DNA from: Lama glama
Taxonomy: Eukaryota
Assembly (NCBI GenBank): GCA_028534125.1
Contig: CM052818.1
Span: 27,220,001 to 27,284,000, forward strand
DNA length: 64,000 nucleotides
Direction: 5' to 3'
In this document: positions 24,539 to 35,663 of the stretch, in pieces
Position numbering within the stretch: position 1 is the stretch's first letter
Layout: every line of letters starts with the position of its first letter
The notes under the pieces: generated by a model
Told to the model about the DNA's origin: nothing
Seen by the model: the letters and a program-made list of their open reading frames with translations, nothing else
Databases searched by the model: none
Made by a program: the position numbers and the translations under genes

Positions 24539-27011
24539 GTGAGCTGTAGCATAGTGTGTGTGCAAAAGTTTGGAAGTTCTGATTAGTCGATAAATGTATC
24601 GTCTTGCTAATAGATTAAAAAAGTAACTTCCATGTGCACAATTTTTATTCCTCTTATTTTGCAGGGTGAGGATAGATATAACGTGACTTACACTCCCAAC
24701 ATTATAAAGCGTGGTTATATACAATGTTATTTTTATTTGAGGTCCTGGGCTGGAAGTAATCTCCAGAGCTAGATTACAAAGATTGAGGAAGGCAGTGGAA
24801 GAAGTAGTATGGAGATACTGCTGTAATTCTGTGAGTCTCAGGTGTGGACACTGGGAGGGCTTGAGAAAGGTGGCCTCTGCCACCCTGGGGACAAGAGAAG
24901 GAGAAGGGTGGATGAAGGAGGGGACAGTCAAATCAGTGAACAGTCCCAGAGGGACTATGATCAGGACTAGGGTAAGGGACTGGGAGGGGAGGGAGAAAAG
25001 GGAAAAGGACGGACTTTCCATGAAGCCAGAGCAGTGAAAAAATGGGCTGTAAATCTTAGGAGCAAGATCAAGATCGCACAGGCTGGGAGTAGTAGGATGA
25101 AGCAGAGCATTTGAGACTTTGATGAGATCACTTCCTTTGCCGAGGAAAGAACAAAATTTGGATGATAAAAGAGGGACTGAATAATATATGCAAAACCTAC
25201 AGTTTTCAATGAAATTATTTCTTGAACAGTGGCAGTTTTTAAGGCGACAAATTTTCAAAGCATCCAAAAACACATCGTGTAGAGTTTGATACAGGTTTGA
25301 GGGCAGACCTCTGGGAACACGCGTCTTCTTGGGTTCTCTCTTCTCCATCAGGAGTTGCTAGCTGGACGGAAGGCTGGGATTTCTGAGACGTGAGATAATG
25401 CAGGTGGGGGTGAGGGGGTGCTTTTCTTCGGTCTTAGATCCATAGAGGGAATGCTAGCGTAGCCAGGAGCACGAAGGGAATAGTCCTAAGGCTCACCTGC
25501 AAGAGACCTGACGGGGAGCCAACCACGAGGAGGCTGATGCAGAAAAGGCTAAACTAACAGTACTGTTTTTTTTAATAAGCTGTGTTTTTCTGTTGGAGAG
25601 CTTTTTCTCCCTATTGCATTATGAAATTAAAAAACAAAAACAAAAAACAAACAATGAACCAAAGAAACCAAAGTTGACATCTTTGTTTGCTTTTGTGTTG
25701 TGCTAGCTTTGGTATGAAAGCTGGATTGTTCTGAGGTTTGTTCTTCCTAGATGTGACTCAGGAATGAGATGCACATAAAGAACATGTCTTCATTTTTGAT
25801 TATGGTGGGTCCCCAGCGCACTGGCATGAGGGCCAGAGATAGTAGAAGCTTCGAAGCATTCTCTAGCTGTTTTATCACTGGGCTGCGTGGAAGCATTTTA
25901 TGACCCAGAGAACAGAGTGCTCCAGGGGGAAGGGATTTTTACTTTTCTCCCTGAAAACCTGGGACTATCACTGGCCCTGCACCACGTGCCCCGAGGAGGC
26001 AGCGCTCCCCCAGCTCGGCTCCCGCCTTCCAGCCCCCGTCCAGCTAGACCGTCCTTGCTGCTGGCGAGTTGCTTGTGTGCACGTGGCGTGGTTTCGTCTT
26101 GCTTTGTGTCTTGAGGGCTGGGTGGAAAAGAAGCTGGGGTCCAGGCTGAAGGGTGGCTCTGGAGCCCGAGGAAACCTAGAGGGGAGTGTAACGCTCTGAG
26201 GTGTGGACGTGCATGGGAAGGTGAGGATGGAGGGCAATTTGCATTGCTCTTTTCCACCCATCCTGGAAACCCACAGCCCTTAGCTGTTTCTCTTCCTTGG
26301 GGCCAGCAGAACACTGCCTGGGAAGATGGCACTGCTGGAGGGAGAGCTCCGCTCCTCTCTCGATGGGACTCTCTCCTTACTGTTTTCAAGGCCAGTGACG
26401 ATGGCTCAGCTGCCAAAATGTACCACCTTAATTTTAATGGGAAGGTGAGACGTGAAGGAAGGAAGAAAAGTGGCCTCATTTGGCCAGAGAAAGATGGGAT
26501 GGATGATGTAGGGTTCCTTAAGCTTCTCTTTCTCACACCTCCTGCTTCATTACCCTATAGAGCCCCTGGCCAGCCTGGCCCTACAGCGGCCACATCAAAG
26601 GCCAGGAGTGCGTCTCTGGTTGCTGCTGTGTGGATCCCTTCCTTTGACTTCACCAGGGAAGCTGTTGGCTGTGTTACGAGCCTCGTGGTACAGAGCTGAC
26701 GACATGGGCTTGTATCTCTAAGCAACATAGCGACCCTAAGAGACATGGCCTTTTGGTATCTCATTTCTGGGCAATTCTAATACATGTGTCTTGAGAGAAC
26801 TTTTCATTGCTGGATATAGCCTTTTAAACCCTTAACAAAATTGCTACTGTAGATCCTTGCATTAATATTTAGTTCTCATTACTTCATGGGGTTTTTATAT
26901 ACATGTGAAATGTATATAAAATGTATTTGTGTGTATGTGTATATATATATCTTGTGTAAATGCATACAAAATAGACATTTCTATTTACAAGTTCTCTTTT
27001 TCTTCCTCTAG

Positions 27012-27028
27012 TTCTGTGTCCTACATAG
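27012..27028 (+). CDS. FEZ2: FEZ2 terminal coding segment: VLCPT-stop (TAG 27026-27028)
   Basis: Acceptor tcttcctctag at 27011. The phase-1 join gives GTT CTG TGT CCT ACA TAG, the FEZ-family C-terminus. Confidence 0.95.
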
Positions 27029-27980
27029 GGCAGCATCAAGAACAGCTTTATCTTTCGTGGACTACAAGCTAGACTTCCTGTAGCATTACTCTGAAAGCTG
27101 GCTTCCATTACCTTCCTGCTGTGGGACACTCAGGACACCTGAACTTGGGTTTGTGATTCAGTATTACTAGATCATGCCTTCTCCCAGTCTTTATATGAAA
27201 CCAAGAGAAACATAGCACTATTTTGAATTCTAGAGATGGGTTTTTTTTGTTAAGTACTAACAATTATAAACTCTTCTACAGCTTTGTAGGGTAAGGGGGA
27301 GCAATGTTAATCATGCATGTGCAGTTATATTTTTCATTAACTGACAGTACGTGCACTAGAGTTTTTATGGCTTTCTAGATTTAAGCTGCACTCATTCAAG
27401 AACCAGATTAAAGCACTGAGAGATTTATACTATAGCTATTCTTCAGTGATGGCAAGAACCAACACTGATTTTTATAAGAGAATTGTCAGTATAAATATTA
27501 CCTACCAGTATTGTCCAGAGAGACAGAAACTTAAAACTCGGGCTGTTCTTGGAAGAAAGGAAACCAGAAAACACATTGTTTTGGCTCAATACTTAGTAAA
27601 CATTGACACAGTTGGAGATGACTGATTTCGATTGAGGTTGCTGTGTGGTTCACAAATCTTAACCATTAAGATGCCATTCACTTTTAGAATCTTGTTTGAG
27701 AGGTTTAAATATTTCATTTCACTTGTCTGTGAAGTGTCCTTTAAAAGGAGTTTATATCCTTTGAGGTGCTTAAGAAATTGTATGCTGCAGCATCTCCCAT
27801 TTCCTGTTACTGTGATACATTCTATTCATGCCTGTGTGTTTTCCTGAAGTACTAATTCTAGAAACAGCTACTCATGGATACATCAGTAGTCATGAAACAC
27901 TTGCCAGTTCCAATCAAGTCAATGCCATCTAATAAATGTTGAAAAAAAAAAAAGGTAATAAATGCTTGAGAGCTTTATTT
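27029..27980 (+). other. FEZ2: FEZ2 3'UTR (end approximate)
   Basis: Runs from the stop codon to tandem AATAAA signals followed by a T/GT-rich downstream element. Confidence 0.75.
27931..27962 (+). terminator. FEZ2 polyadenylation signals: AATAAA at 27931-27936 and 27957-27962
   Basis: Two canonical hexamers followed by ctttatttttattttcgagtttttggtgttttgatgtttg. Confidence 0.75.
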
Positions 27981-29079
27981 TTATTTTCGAGTTTTTGGTG
28001 TTTTGATGTTTGATTATGGTGCTGGGCTCCTCCCCTTACTGTTCCACGCACTGTCTGTCCATCACTAGGGTGTGGGCTGGTGAAATCTCGAGTAGCCTTG
28101 TAATGCTAAGCATGGGCAGGAGAGACTTTTTCCAGATCGTGCTAAGCTGGTGTGGGATGCTGCTGGGGTCCTGTTTTTTCTGGGTCTGAGAGACATTCCC
28201 AACAGCCTCGTCTCATTGACGACGTAAGTGTAATTCGAGTCTGTATAGAATGTGCTATCGGGGGCTTTAAAAATTCCACGTAAACCGCTGCAGGCGTACG
28301 GAGCCGTCCACGTTCCTCACTCTGCTCAGGAACTGGGACACCGGGGCTGCAAAGGCGCTGGCTGAGTTTGGAGTTCAATCAACTTGGCGTTTCAGCCATT
28401 CTCTAGGGACCTGGGGAACTTGACCTGGTTCCTCCTTTTGCTAAGTGTCTTACTCTATAGTGAACTTACTTGCCGCTTGCCCTTGAATTGTTGAAGATGG
28501 GTATTTCTACAGTAAAATTAATATTAATAATTTAACCTGCACTTGTAAAAACTGTCTTAAATGAAAGAAACACAACTTGAGGCATATGAAAGTCAGAAAA
28601 GATGTTTTTTGAAACTCAACAGTGCTGTTCATAGTTCTTAAAGTTGGTGTATCTGAAGTGGATGAAAAAATATTTTTTCCTACCAACTCAACTCCAAGTC
28701 CCCTTCTGATGATGTTCCTGGATTTTGCTTGGTAAACTCTTTCTTCTTCAGCAGGAAAACCCTAGGGGTTTCCCACCACAACCCTTCTCCTACACAAGGA
28801 ATGAGTTTGATACAGTGACAGGATGAGCACATTTCTGACTTCTGACCAGCGACAGGTAGGTTTAAGTTTCCCTCACAGCAAGCATCCCTGTGCCACACAT
28901 TTGAGGGTAGGAATGAGGGGCTGGGGGGGGGGCACTGTTTTTTACAAGGATTCCTTGGGAAAAGCCTGCCTTCTGAGAGAAGCACTAGGGCTGCTTGTGA
29001 CGCTGGAGGTTCATGGAACTGACAACGTTGACGACGATAAGTCATTTCTTAGACATGGAATCCTTTTCAAGGTGACATT

Positions 29080-31459
29080 GGATGATTTAGATTCAAAGTG
29101 TTTATTTGCTGCCAAGAACCAAATTGCAGGTAATCCTCTTACAGCCTTGTTTTTTTTTTTTTTGAAGAAAACAAAACATTCTGTAGAACTCCAGTGCACT
29201 CCAAGTGCCATAGATCTATTTTATTCTTCAGGAAATTATATTTTTTCTTTTACAAGAGCACAACAGGAACCAAAGTAAAAGAGTAATAGATACAGCACTC
29301 AGGATAAATCATATCTTTAAAATAATAATAAAAAATTTACACCTTGTCCTATAATCCTGTTAGTATTTTCATAATATGGCCATGATTGAAAAACAAAAAA
29401 GCAAGCATTTACAATTTTTTTATAGACTTTTTATGCCAGGAATGGATTAATTGTCAACCAAAAATTATACTAATCAGGCTGATGTAAATCTATTTTGGTA
29501 ACATCATATTAACAAATTTTGGAAATAGATAAAAATATTGCCCCTTGATAATAAATCTTTTTTTCTTTGATGCAAACAGCTAGAACACCTTTTTCTTTTC
29601 CTTTTTTTGATATTCTAAGACAAAAAAATGGTTAATCTTCAGATTAATAAATTAGGTCATTATAATAATAAATTAATTTTTTTTTAAAGTTCAGCAACCT
29701 CTGTCCAAGTATTTACAACAATACTTGAAAGTTCCTTTACAAAACAGAACACATTTTCTTTTCACATTAAGCATACTGGGGTATCTGTGTCTTTCACAAG
29801 CATTTTTAAAAGAAAAATCAATGCAACAAATGGGTAATTAGTATAAAAGTGCTAAGAGCTGTTTGAAAAGTTAACCTATAGTATACAGTCAGTTATATCT
29901 GAGGCAAACTACAAACTTCCAGCTTATTATGGACAATATTCCAGTAGTTGTTTCAAACAGTTGTTTGAAAAAAAAAAATCCAGGAGCTGATTAGGGATGC
30001 AGAAATACTGCCATCAATGTCTCTGGCCAGTGAGCGAATTGAAAACCAACTGAAAGCAAATCCAAATGAAGATTTTAATAAAGGAATACCTTCTCCATAG
30101 CAGATGCGATGCTGACTGCTCAAGGCGTATGCCTACACCCACACACACACTCACACATCTCTCATCCTAACTAAACCGCAGGTAGAATGAGATTTTGTTA
30201 TTCAAAAATTTGTAAGTGATCAAAAGCATTGATATGGAATGCTTGTCTGTTCTGGTTAAAATCTCATAAAAATACATTCAACAGGAAAACATAAATTGTA
30301 TGTGTATAAATATATATGTATATATATATTATATACACATGCACACAAATACTTTTGTTTTTCTGAAGCATAAGATAGTTACATAAATATTCCTATAATT
30401 GCTAAAGTTTAAAGAGGCATAATTTTTTTTGAGCTTCAACAAAGGTGCTTGAATAATATACAATTAAAATGAAGTAGTTTCTATTTTGTAGGATCAGTAT
30501 ATAATAAGGAAAAAAAAATCCCCAGTCTTTTTTTTAAAGTTTCTTCTTAAGCTAGAGCTTCAATGAAAACTATGAACAACCAACGAGAGAACAGAACGAA
30601 GCAACAGCAAACAAGGAAGCATAGCCCCTGGGAATGCCTGGTGCCCTTCACCCCCTCCTCCTTCCTGCCACGCTGCTGTGAGGAAAGCTCCAGTGCTCAC
30701 ATCAAGAAATGACTCGGGTCTTGGGTTCACTGGCTGACTCTGCTAGGAACTGGCTGACTGGCTTGGAAGAAAAAGAAAGCAGCAAAAAGTGTAACTGTAT
30801 ATATATCCTTAATCACCCGCTTTAGAGAAACGCCGCTACCCCACTTCTCTTGCTTCCTCACCGCCTACCGCAGCTGCGACTGTCTGGAAAAGAAACGCGT
30901 GGCTCTAGGCCTGGGGTGGCTGTCAGAGGCTCGGATGCGCGTGTCTGCTCGGCTAAGGTAATGGCAGCTGGATCTCAAGGCCTCTTTGTTTGTTTTCCTG
31001 CTCGTTCAGGCCTGAGCATTGCAGTGACCAGTGCAGTCTCTGAGCAACAGGGAAAGAAAAATCCTCCGGGCCATGGGACTACTTTTATTTGACCGGATTT
31101 CTCCCCGAGCCAAGCTGACCAATTTGTCTTCCTAACACCGCCCTCCCACCCATTTTCCCCCAACCAAACTCACTGAGCCCGCCCCCAAATATCTCTACAG
31201 CTATATTACAAGCAAATACATCTTAGCAACTTTTTAAACCTTTGGTTCTAAGAAAACACTTGGTCAGTTATCTTGAGGAAGGGTGGAAATGCTTGTTCTG
31301 CACACTGCTGGCGACAGCCCATCCCAGGGAGTTCTCAGCGCTGTACAGCTAGTCACAATCCAATACCATCCACTAAGCAAGTGCACAAATTCTAGTTTAC
31401 CGTTAAGAGCAGATTTAGTCGTTTTCTGTCTTTCAAAACCTCATCCAGGTTGCCTGTCT
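29080..31459 (-). other. CRIM1: CRIM1 3'UTR, ~2.4 kb, AU-rich (end approximate)
   Basis: Lies between the TGA stop and the polyA signals; U-rich on the - strand with no recognisable interspersed repeats. Confidence 0.8.
29101..29106 (-). terminator. CRIM1 distal polyadenylation signal (AATAAA on - strand); a second hexamer lies at 29220-29225
   Basis: tttatt on the + strand at the far end of the AU-rich 3'UTR. Confidence 0.7.
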
Positions 31460-31636
31460 TCACACTGTTTGGTAGAAATTGTCTGCCTGTAGGTGGTTCT
31501 GTTTCTGCATGCTGTAGAAGCCACTGAATCTCGCGTCTGGCTCCGCCATTCTCAGCATCCTCTGGGAACTGTCCACCTGGACTCGGGTTCCTTTCTTGCA
31601 GTCCACAGATACCAGCTGATTATTTAAGGAAGAAGG
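31460..31636 (-). CDS. CRIM1: CRIM1 last coding exon, cytoplasmic tail: PSSLNNQLVSVDCKKGTRVQVDSSQRMLRMAEPDARFSGFYSMQKQNHLQADNFYQTV-stop
   Basis: Acceptor ttcttcttcctcccgtgaacag on -; 177 nt including TGA; CRIM1 C-terminus. Confidence 0.96.
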   Translation of the reverse strand, partial: PSSLNNQLVSVDCKKGTRVQVDSSQRMLRMAEPDARFSGFYSMQKQNHLQADNFYQTV

Positions 31637-32927
31637 CTGTTCACGGGAGGAAGAAGAAAACCACAAAGAATTAGCTGCTTTACGTACCTTCAATCAACAG
31701 ATATTTAGTACCTCCTTCAAGTGAGACAACAGCTTCACAGCACGTGGCCGGGGTAGGCTATGGTAGACTACGTGGGGCTTACATCCTGTTCTCGCAATCA
31801 ACTGTACTTCTTGTGAGAGATACTGACAAACTGTGTTTAAAGGTTAAATGTCAATACATTAGGTCAAACCAGGAAGGGATGAAGGACCTGAGAAAATATG
31901 GAAGTGACAATTATTTTCAAGTCCTTGAAGTGTATATAGACCAGTGTGCATAAGAGGGTTGAAGGATGAGAGGAAAAAGTACCAGATGGGCAGATTTTAA
32001 GATAAACCGACAAGTCTGAATCACTCAGGCTATAAAGCCAGCATCCCAGGGTGGCCAGCCCGTCTCCCACACGCTAGGAGTGGCTTTCCTTCCAGTTCTG
32101 CATGGTGGGGACTGTGTCCTGACCTCATCTATGCCCAGCCCAGAGGCAAGATCACCATCTGACAGGAATTTTATGTGAAGTTATCTGAATGATAAATTGG
32201 CTGTTTTAAATTCTTAAGGTTATATGATTTTTTTTCTGTAGTAAAAACCAAACTGCAAAAGGTAGAATTAGTGTTGGAAAGAATTGATTTAATTTCTCTC
32301 ATGAAAATGAATTCTTTTAAAATAGGCAGATTAAGGCCCTCTGAATGTATCGACAACAAATATGTATTCTTTCCCTCTCAGTATGAACCTGCCTCTCTCC
32401 ACCTTGTCTGGAATCACCGTACACAATCTCTTCATCTCGGGCTGCCTTTCCCCTTTCTGCTTGCCTCTATCACGTCTTCCTGTTCTTTGGACTTTTGTAC
32501 AATCCTCATGGCTGCTAGCCCTCCTCTTGCCCTCTCCTGATGTCTCCCTACCCTTGTGATTTTTTCCCTCTCTCTCAATTCTAGGGTGACAACTGAGTGA
32601 GAAATACCAAGTTTTAATTTTTAATATAAACAGTGACTTAGAAATTACTCCAAGAGCATTTCCTTATTAGAAAACTTTAAGTCTAGGAAACTGGATCTGT
32701 GAAAGGTCAGGATTCATTAATCAGTGGATGATGAAAAATTCATCCAGTGATTGATCCAGCCCTGGGCACCTACTGTGCATCTGATCAGCACCGCCGGATG
32801 TGCGTTTGAGGCTATGAAGAGCGACTGGCTGAAAGGGCAGACATCAAGCAATGGAAGGAGATCTAATAAGCACGCAAGCTCTCCTGGTTTGATCGTTCAA
32901 GAGGCTGAACCTGTGTCAGGACAATAC

Positions 32928-33118
32928 CTTAGTTGGTGTTCGATACCAGCAAAGCAGTGGTATCCACTGTTTCTTCTGATTGATGAGCAGGAATGCTATT
33001 ATAATGGAGAGGCCTATTACGAGGGGAACCACAACCGAGACAATGGAGTCCAGCGAGGAGTCTTCTCCTGAGTGCTGCCTGTTGTTCTCCCTGTAATCCA
33101 CCTGCAGGTGACCCACGT
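32928..33118 (-). CDS. CRIM1: CRIM1 transmembrane exon (191 nt): DVGHLQVDYRENNRQHSGEDSSLDSIVSVVVPLVIGLSIIIAFLLINQKKQWIPLLCWYRTPTK
   Basis: Acceptor tttttttctcctag and donor gtattg on -. Hydrophobic span followed by NQKK. Confidence 0.96.
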
Positions 33119-35540
33119 CTAGGAGAAAAAAAATTACAAGCATTTACTACCTACACCAGGATTATTTTACTTACATCGCAAATAGAGATCAGCAAATGGT
33201 TTTATTTCTTCCCAGTACTTTAAGCTCAAGCATGATTAAAGTCTAATGTGGATCCAAAGAGCTGCTTATGAGGGCAGAGCTCTTAGGGATGGAGGTAAAA
33301 AAGGAAATATTAGGTTGAGAAGGTTAATAACCGGGCAGGATGATGCTGATTCGAGCTAGTGAAGAAAATCCTTATGTAGACTTTAAAAAGTGACTAAAAT
33401 TAGGCTACTAAAAACACCTGGATTAATGTTAACCTATATGGTCTTTGAAGCAGAAACATGAGCTTAGCTCCCTGCTTACTAGCAAACAGGAGACTAGGAC
33501 AAAGGACACACTTCTCCTCCCCAGTGGGACTGAGAAAACTAGGCAGCAGTGCACTAAGAAAAACCAAGCCAGGGGCGAGGCTGGTCTTCTGGCTGATATC
33601 CTGGTTTACTGAGCTCTAAGCAGAAATGCCTTACTTTCCTTTCCATCCACTTGTTGAAAACTCACCCCTATTAGATCGTTTTCTTGCCTTAGTTAATACA
33701 TGTACCAGGGACATTGTTTTTTATCTTATGAATGAGGCCTTTTTGATCCTTTAAATCATCATTCCTGCAATGAACACTGCAGACAGAGATACAGTTAAAT
33801 ACATGCCAATCAGAAGCATTCTGGAAATTTCCTTATTTTTCTTTTCTTTCAAATAAACCACTGTAGTCAGGTTGTCTAAATGCATCAGAGAGCAGGTTAG
33901 TGAAAGACAACGGGACACACACAAACAAAAGGACTTGCTTTTAAATTGTTCTGGAAACCTTTGTGACAGTAATTCTGTCTGTAGTTTAAAACTCATAGGT
34001 TTTTATTCATATGCTTCCCTGTGTTATGTGGGGGGATGGGAAGGAGAGACCCTTCCTACTCACTTCAGCCAATGTAGATGGTTGCACTTTATCAGGATGG
34101 AGGGGGAAAAAAAAGGGAACACTTAGCAGTATCAAGAAAAATGCCAGAGGCACATTTTACTGATGAATTCAGCTTTTAAATACATGATGAATAAAGAGAT
34201 GAATTTCTATTTTTCCATGTTCCACATGGTCCTGGAAGTGGTATGTCACACAAGAAGATTAAAAAGTAACTTAAGGAAAGCCTTGGGGAAAGGCAAACGA
34301 CAGTTCAACTGAAGTCTTGCTTATGAAATGTAGTCCTTACATTCTGTTTTGATGCTTTTAAAAGCAGGCCATAAGATTTAGCTTTGAGCTTCCTAGCAGC
34401 CAAAAGCAAATATGGAAACAAGCACCATCAATAAGATTCACAATGTCTTGAAGATGAAAACAAATCCGTTGCTGAGAAGCATAAATCTTGTTACTGACAA
34501 TGAGGAAATTTCTCCTCTGGGTCTTTATAACTGGGATACTATGCAGTGCAGAACCCTCAACGTACTGCAGTAAACAAGGCCACTCTTACAATCAAAGCTC
34601 GGCGCGCAGAACAGTGTGCGGCGCAGAGCAGTGCAGTATTTACTGACTGAATGACTGTAAACATAATGCTGACGCACCATTCAGTCAGAGCGATTATACA
34701 AGGAGCCAAAACACTGGGTCCAGGAATTTGGCTCTCCAGTCATCTGGCTTGATCCAAGCATAACATTCAAATACCTAGAGTAACAGACCATCAATCTCTC
34801 AAGCAGTGATTGCTTTTTCCAAAAAAAAAAAAAAAAATTGCACAACAATGATTTTGAAAATGTCCTTGGAGTAGACAGAAGGCAGTACAGAGTCACGGCT
34901 AAGAGCAAGCTTACACCATTTTGGTCAAGAAGCCTACTTTTATAGAGAAGGCAAGATTGACAGGGAGCTGGCCTTGCTTTACCACCTAGCTGCTGAGACA
35001 CAAAATAACATCTCCATTATACACAACTGAAAGAAGAGCAAGAAAAATAGCACGGGCTAGACCTGATGAGTTGAAAAATCAACACATTATTTCTAAACTG
35101 AACTCCTCCGGAGTGAAACGATCTGGAAGTAGAGGGTCGCCTATGCATCAGTGCTTAGCGCAGAATCCACAGGGACAAGTGAATGATGCATTATTACTCT
35201 GCTTATAAAGTTTATTCACATACAAACATTAGAGGGAGAGCTTAGAAATGCCAGACAGCAAATTCTTAGGACTAGGAACATATTTCTTTCCATCATCACT
35301 GAATCTCTGAGTATGTAGGGCCAGAAAAAGAGGGGTTTCATCCAGCTACCTGCAGACTTAACTTCATCATCCCGGGTTGTTAAATATGTTATAGCCGAGG
35401 TCTTTCCTGAGAGTGGTTATTTGAATTGAACCTAGGTACATGATTTAAAAAGTTACCCAAAAGAAGGTTTGGGAAAGAGAGGGAAAAAAAAAAAAAGTAG
35501 ACCATATACTAGACAGATCTCAGCTGACCTTGGCACTTAC

Positions 35541-35663
35541 CTCTGGGGAGATGGATAATGTCATTTTCACTTGGTGTAGGCCGCAGGGGAACCTCCTTGT
35601 CAACCTCTCCACGGTGATTTGTCTTCTCAATGGGTATATTGGTTGGTTCTGGGACATACATTT
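35541..35663 (-). CDS. CRIM1: CRIM1 linker exon (123 nt): EMYVPEPTNIPIEKTNHRGEVDKEVPLRPTPSENDIIHLPR
   Basis: Acceptor tcctttcttttag and donor gtaagt on -; phase 1-1. Confidence 0.95.

Noticed and set aside
25898..26699. 212-aa and 151-aa ORFs in the last FEZ2 intron
   Set aside because: GC-rich sequence open in several frames on both strands with no recognisable domain; consistent with chance.
33075..33095. Extra Asn (ENNR) in the CRIM1 TM exon relative to human as recalled
   Set aside because: I recall other mammals sharing the NN form, so it is probably not lineage-specific; this cannot be verified here.
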